From the IMG/VR virus record IMGVR_UViG_3300037068_000153, positions 1 to 64,000 of that record: a stretch of 64,000 nt of DNA; one strand, 5' to 3'. Under the pieces are notes generated by a model that saw only the letters and a list, made by a program, of their open reading frames with translations, made no database searches and was not told the origin of the DNA. Made by a program: the position numbers and the translations under genes. Shown here piece by piece: positions 59,736-64,000 of this stretch. Position 1 is the first letter of the stretch. Every line of letters begins with the position of its first letter. The stretch is from a virus.

Positions 59736-60067
59736 CAGACGATGATCCCAGGAACGGCGATCGCGATCTGCGTCAGACGATAGTACTCCGCCCCGTAGGT
59801 CGACAGCGCGAGCGAGCCCATGATGCCGGGCGGCAGCGCATACGAGCGCGCCATGACGCCCAGGGTCTCAGAGGTGACGAGCCCCTCGTTGCCGCGGATG
59901 GAGGCGAGGTGCGCGGCAAGGTAACGCGCGCCGTCGTCGGCGAACGCGCCCCACGCGTCGGGGTCGATCTGTCGGTCGACCACAGCGAGGATGGCGGCCT
60001 GCGTCGGCGTCTCGACCGAGACCAACTCGGGGGCGATGCCGACGACGTCGGTCCAGGTGATGCTCAC
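59735..60067 (-). CDS. head-tail connector (DUF4054-like)
   Basis: YLAAH, S.YG.EY. Confidence 0.8.
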   Translation of the reverse strand: MSITWTDVVGIAPELVSVETPTQAAILAVVDRQIDPDAWGAFADDGARYLAAHLASIRGNEGLVTSETLGVMARSYALPPGIMGSLALSTYGAEYYRLTQIAIAVPGIIV

Positions 60068-60070
60068 CGA

Positions 60071-60592
60071 CTAGCGCCCCGCCGCCGCCGGGCCGCCCTC
60101 GGGCTTGACGTCGAGCTCGCGGATGCGATTGTCGAGCAGCAGCCGCACCTCGGGCCGCCCCTCGCTCGCCAGCCACCCGCGGAGCGTGCTCAAGACGAAG
60201 GTCTCGTCGATGAGCAGCTTGGCGACCTCGGGCTTGAGCGCCTTCAGCGGCAGCTCCTTGTCGACCTGCAGCGGCACCTTCTTGCCGTCCTTGCCGTCGA
60301 CCTCGAGGGTCGCCAGGATGGTCGAGCCCACCTTCTCGGGGTTGTTTTCGGGCGCCAGACTGCGCTCGATCTTGGTCGTGAAATACCGCGCGAAAGCCTC
60401 GTTCTTGCCGAGCGCCTCGATGTCGGCCACATCGACAAGGTTCGCCCCGGGCAATAGCGTCACGACGCGGTTGATCGGGATGCCGCCGCCCTTGACCTTC
60501 TTCAGGAGCTCGGGGTCGGGCTGCAGCTGCCCCTGGACGAGCGACTCGCGGTTGTTGATGACGACGATGGCCTGGGTCTGCGCAGTTTGCAT
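60071..60592 (-). CDS. hypothetical virion-associated protein
   Basis: LLPGAN; L..W...E.R..V motif; has its own promoter. Confidence 0.7.
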   Translation of the reverse strand: MQTAQTQAIVVINNRESLVQGQLQPDPELLKKVKGGGIPINRVVTLLPGANLVDVADIEALGKNEAFARYFTTKIERSLAPENNPEKVGSTILATLEVDGKDGKKVPLQVDKELPLKALKPEVAKLLIDETFVLSTLRGWLASEGRPEVRLLLDNRIRELDVKPEGGPAAAGR

Positions 60593-60627
60593 ACGCCCAG
60601 AATCGCGCGTGAAATCGCACGTGTCAA
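60593..60627 (-). promoter_or_regulatory. sigma70-like promoter TTGACA N17 GATTCT, leaderless
   Basis: -35 at 60627-60622, -10 at 60604-60599, ATG 6 nt later. Confidence 0.7.
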
Positions 60628-60633
60628 GCGCAC

Positions 60634-60660
60634 CAAAAGCAACGGCCCCTTTCGGGGCCG
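60634..60660 (-). terminator. rho-independent terminator after the major capsid gene
   Basis: CGGCCCC-GAAA-GGGGCCG followed by TTGCTTTT. Confidence 0.8.
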
Positions 60661-60705
60661 CGCGGCCCTACCGCCGAGGCGATAGGGGAAGTATCAAAAT
60701 TGCCT

Positions 60706-61758
60706 TTAGATATTGTCCATATACGACAGCGACAGCGGATACGGCGAGAACACGCCCGCCGTCTTGGCGACGCAGTCGACGGAAAACTCGAGGTTCTCGT
60801 ACTGCGGCGGCATCTGCCGGAACATCTGCGAGATCATGTGCTTGACGTAGCGCTTGTTGTTGATATACGCCAAGCAGCGGTCGGTGCCGCCCGAGCCCGC
60901 GCCCGCGCAGTACTGCCACGAATCGATGGTAATGCCGGGCTTGATTTTCTTGTAGAAGCTGAAGACCGTCTCGTCGCTGCCATCGCCCATGCGCTGGCCA
61001 TTGGCCTGCTCGTACTGGGTGATGGGCAAAAGGAACGTGTCGGGGGTGAAGATCTTGAACGTGCCCGCGACCATGGCCGCATACTGCCCGGTCAGGTCGG
61101 CCACCTTCTCGTCGGGCGTCTTGAAGAGCCACTGCGTCGAGCCCTGCGCGCCGGTGGCCGGCGTGTAGAGCGAGGCGCTCGGCTGGTTCAGGATGCCCAG
61201 CAGGCCGACGTCAGGGCCGATGCCGATCGACAAGCCCGGGATGGTCGACGACGTGGCCGAGCCGATGCCCGACACCGCATCGAGACCCTTGTTGATGCCC
61301 TCGCGGGCACCCATGGCCTGCTCCATGTCGATGTTCAGGGCCGGGCCGCCGTTCTGCGCGGAGAACTGCGCCGCGAGCAGGTCGTCGAGCGTGTACTCGT
61401 ACGACATGCCCAGGCGGTAGAACTGGTGCTGGAACTCACGCACGAACAGCTTCGACGTCGGCAGATCGCCGCCGCGCTCGGTAACGAGCTTGGCGATACC
61501 GACGCGGGTGTACTGCTTGTACGCCGTCCCCTTGGCGCCCTCGGGCGTGCTGGCGTCGATGGGCACATACTTGAGCCCCTCGAGCGGTGGGAACAGCGTG
61601 TTGTAGGTCTCGGTCTCGACCCACAGAAGAGCGCGCTCGACGAAGAGCGTCTCGCCGACGTCCTGGCGCACGCCCGCGTCGTCGTAGACGGAGTACGCGC
61701 GGCCCGGAAACATCTCGTGAGTCTCGGCGTCGTAACGATAGCTCGGGGGCAGTCGCAT
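60706..61758 (-). CDS. major capsid protein (DUF2184-like)
   Basis: G.AK, DLP, GILNQP, W..KTPDE, PDT.LLP, GV..YP. Confidence 0.9.
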   Translation of the reverse strand: MRLPPSYRYDAETHEMFPGRAYSVYDDAGVRQDVGETLFVERALLWVETETYNTLFPPLEGLKYVPIDASTPEGAKGTAYKQYTRVGIAKLVTERGGDLPTSKLFVREFQHQFYRLGMSYEYTLDDLLAAQFSAQNGGPALNIDMEQAMGAREGINKGLDAVSGIGSATSSTIPGLSIGIGPDVGLLGILNQPSASLYTPATGAQGSTQWLFKTPDEKVADLTGQYAAMVAGTFKIFTPDTFLLPITQYEQANGQRMGDGSDETVFSFYKKIKPGITIDSWQYCAGAGSGGTDRCLAYINNKRYVKHMISQMFRQMPPQYENLEFSVDCVAKTAGVFSPYPLSLSYMDNI

Positions 61759-61767
61759 TGGCGCTCC

Positions 61768-62370
61768 TTAGAACGACCGGTTGGTGAAGTCGGTCTCGAG
61801 GATCGCCACCTTCGTGACGCCGTCGGCCGCGGTGTAGGTGCCCGAGCGGAACACGCCCTGGCGGGTGCAGTCGATCATGTACGACGAGCCCGTGCCCGCC
61901 GCGTTGTAGCCCGTGCCCGCCCAGATACCCTGAATGTTGGCGGAACTCGACGTGCCGGTGGCGATGCCGCGGCACCAGGCGCGGTCGCCCGCGACGACGG
62001 CGATCTCGACGGGGACAATGAATCGGCCCTCGCGTCCCACCTGCATGCCCGCGTTGGGCAAGAGGCCCGAGCCGCCGAGGTCGCCAGCGAAGTTGCCGGC
62101 CGGGTCGGCGGCGCCCTGCTTCATATGGTTGTAGGAGAAGACGTTGATGCCCGCCACCTCCATCCCGGGCGAACCACCCGAGAAGCCCGAGGCGAGCAAG
62201 AAGCCGTCGCCGTTCGAGCCCGGCTGCACGCGCACGCCGAGGCCGAAGCCGATCTGGTTGGTCGCCTCCTTGTTGAAGCCGGAGACGATATCGCGCCCCT
62301 CGGCCGAGTCGGCAACTTGGCCGGCGAGGCCGATTGCCTGGCCGCCGGCGGAAACGGTGGTCTGCGACAT
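61768..62370 (-). CDS. capsid decoration/cement protein
   Basis: G.AGQ.AD, IGFG.GV; lies between protease and MCP. Confidence 0.75.
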   Translation of the reverse strand: MSQTTVSAGGQAIGLAGQVADSAEGRDIVSGFNKEATNQIGFGLGVRVQPGSNGDGFLLASGFSGGSPGMEVAGINVFSYNHMKQGAADPAGNFAGDLGGSGLLPNAGMQVGREGRFIVPVEIAVVAGDRAWCRGIATGTSSSANIQGIWAGTGYNAAGTGSSYMIDCTRQGVFRSGTYTAADGVTKVAILETDFTNRSF

Positions 62371-62379
62371 GGCCGGCTC

Positions 62380-63999
62380 CTACGCCTTGGACGCCAGCTT
62401 GGCGTCATGCTGGGGATGGTTGGGGTTCGCGCGCAACATGCGGTCGATCATCGACTGGCGTGCCGCCTCGGGGTCGACTCGACCGCCCATGTCGACGCGG
62501 TCGCCGGCGATCACGGGCGGCTGCGGGACGGCGCCCTGCGCGGCGCGCGCGGCGTCGATCGCGCTCGGCGTTTTCTTGGCGGCGGCGTCGACCGCGGCGT
62601 CGTACCGCGCCTGAACGTACTCGGCCGACTTACCGTCGAGCTTGGCCGTCGGATCAAGCTTGGCGACCACGAGCCGCTTGATCTCGTCGTCGGTCTTGGC
62701 GGCGACCTGCTTGTTGTCCTTGCTCGTGTACGCGTCGAACTTCTCGTTGGCGCCGAGGTGCTTACGCGCCTCGACGAGCAGAGCGGCGCGCGCGCCGGCG
62801 CGGGCCTCGATGATGGGCTGGACGAAGGCGGCGAACTTCGCCGCGTCGACGGCGTCGCCGACCGCGATCTCCGCGCCGTCGAGCTTGATCGGGGCGCGCT
62901 CCTCGGCCAGCTTGCCATCGAGCTTGCCTTGGACCGAGTCACGCTCCTTGACCGCACCGTCGCGCAGCTTCTCGGCGTTGTCGGCGCGCAGCTTCTCGGC
63001 CGCGACCTTCTCCTCGGCCGCCTTGGTCAGGCTGACGACGAAGCCATCGAAGGCGGCTTGCGCATTGGCGTCGGCCACCTCGAAAGTCATTCCGTTGATG
63101 ATCAGCTTCGCCATCGATTTTCCCTCACTATTCAAAGATGCCGTTTCTCGTGTGTCACACGCAAACGTGGCCTCCGCGTCACCCGCGTCCAGACGCAGCC
63201 GCGCGTCCGCGCCGGCGCGCGCCATGTCGACGAGCGCGACGTGGTTGACGACGATGTCGCGTTGGACGGCGTCGTAGCGCTGCCCCTGCCACTCGCCCGA
63301 CTGCGCGTCGAGCCGGCAGGTATAGCCAACGGAGAGCTGCACGCGGCCACCCTTGGCGGCGGCGATCGCGTCGGCGCGCCAAATCGACAGCGGCGCCGTC
63401 ACCCAGCCGTCGTTCTTGAGCTCGGCGGCGCCGACCGCGCCCACCGCGTACTTCTGCGCGTTGTCGGGCGAGACCATCTCGACCGGATGCGTGTTCGTCA
63501 TCGGCTGCAGCGGAAAAGAGGGGAGCGACTTGCGCACCTCCTCGGGCAGCCGGAGCTCACGGCGCGTACCACCCTGGCCGTCGCGGTACTCCTGAATGCC
63601 CGTGCGCGCGACGCGGCCGGCGACCTGCAAAAAGCCATCCTCGGTCGTGCGCGCCCGCGGCAGCTCGCCCGGCGCGAAGTCGATGCGCTCGTAACGACGC
63701 ACGACGATGGCATCGGCGCGATCTTCATCCTCGTCGGGCTCGGCCTCCGCCTGCGCGGCCTCGCGGGTCGAGTGCCACGACGAGATCTTGCCCGAATTCT
63801 TATCGAGCACGCCCCAGCGCCCGCCCGTCTGCGGCGTCGCGTCGGTCATGCACGCGGCGCCCGAGCCGTCGCACATGACCGCGTCCATGTTGGTCGCGCT
63901 CTGCGTCTCCTCGCCGTAGCTGCCGCCTGGCGCCACGTGGTCGACGTACTTGGCGTCGACGACGGGCACCATCTGCCCGCAGCCGTCGCACTTCGCGCC
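62380..63999 (-). CDS. DUF2213 head-maturation protease/scaffold, 5'-truncated; internal scaffold start at 63114
   Basis: ARTGIQEY, P.TN.HP, LSVGY, NHVALV..ARAG; the frame stays open to the window end. Confidence 0.9.
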   Translation of the reverse strand, partial: GAKCDGCGQMVPVVDAKYVDHVAPGGSYGEETQSATNMDAVMCDGSGAACMTDATPQTGGRWGVLDKNSGKISSWHSTREAAQAEAEPDEDEDRADAIVVRRYERIDFAPGELPRARTTEDGFLQVAGRVARTGIQEYRDGQGGTRRELRLPEEVRKSLPSFPLQPMTNTHPVEMVSPDNAQKYAVGAVGAAELKNDGWVTAPLSIWRADAIAAAKGGRVQLSVGYTCRLDAQSGEWQGQRYDAVQRDIVVNHVALVDMARAGADARLRLDAGDAEATFACDTRETASLNSEGKSMAKLIINGMTFEVADANAQAAFDGFVVSLTKAAEEKVAAEKLRADNAEKLRDGAVKERDSVQGKLDGKLAEERAPIKLDGAEIAVGDAVDAAKFAAFVQPIIEARAGARAALLVEARKHLGANEKFDAYTSKDNKQVAAKTDDEIKRLVVAKLDPTAKLDGKSAEYVQARYDAAVDAAAKKTPSAIDAARAAQGAVPQPPVIAGDRVDMGGRVDPEAARQSMIDRMLRANPNHPQHDAKLASKA

Positions 64000-64000
64000 G

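Overview
A 64-kb segment of a high-GC tailed phage with a contractile (myovirus-type) tail, truncated inside genes at both ends. No integrase, terminase, portal or primase is visible. There are four blocks. (1) 1-18422, + strand: early/replication genes (IbrB/IbrA-like ParB + PAPS-reductase pair, PD-(D/E)XK exonuclease, DHH phosphoesterase, SF2 helicase, SSB-like protein, tRNA-Tyr, dUTPase, SLOG protein, family A DNA polymerase, RuvC-like resolvase). (2) 18419-21053, - strand: tandem-HTH regulator and lysis cassette. (3) 21164-26649, + strand: small accessory genes, a C5-methyltransferase-like gene and Cys-rich lipoproteins. (4) 26646-64000, - strand: head, tail and baseplate genes followed by a ~17-kb cassette. 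That cassette interleaves two G-X-T collagen-like fibre genes with nucleotide-sugar enzymes (UDP-Glc dehydrogenase, UDP-GlcA decarboxylase, an epimerase), GT2/TPR/GT4 glycosyltransferases, two methyltransferases and a B12 radical SAM enzyme. The most notable candidate system is a self-contained virion O-glycosylation ('glycocalyx') pathway, apparently co-regulated with tail genes through a shared ATGTGTCAC(A/G)AT motif. Host clues (Cys-rich lipoproteins, GPHR C-termini, high GC) weakly suggest Myxococcota. All product calls come from motif recognition by eye; no database search was run.
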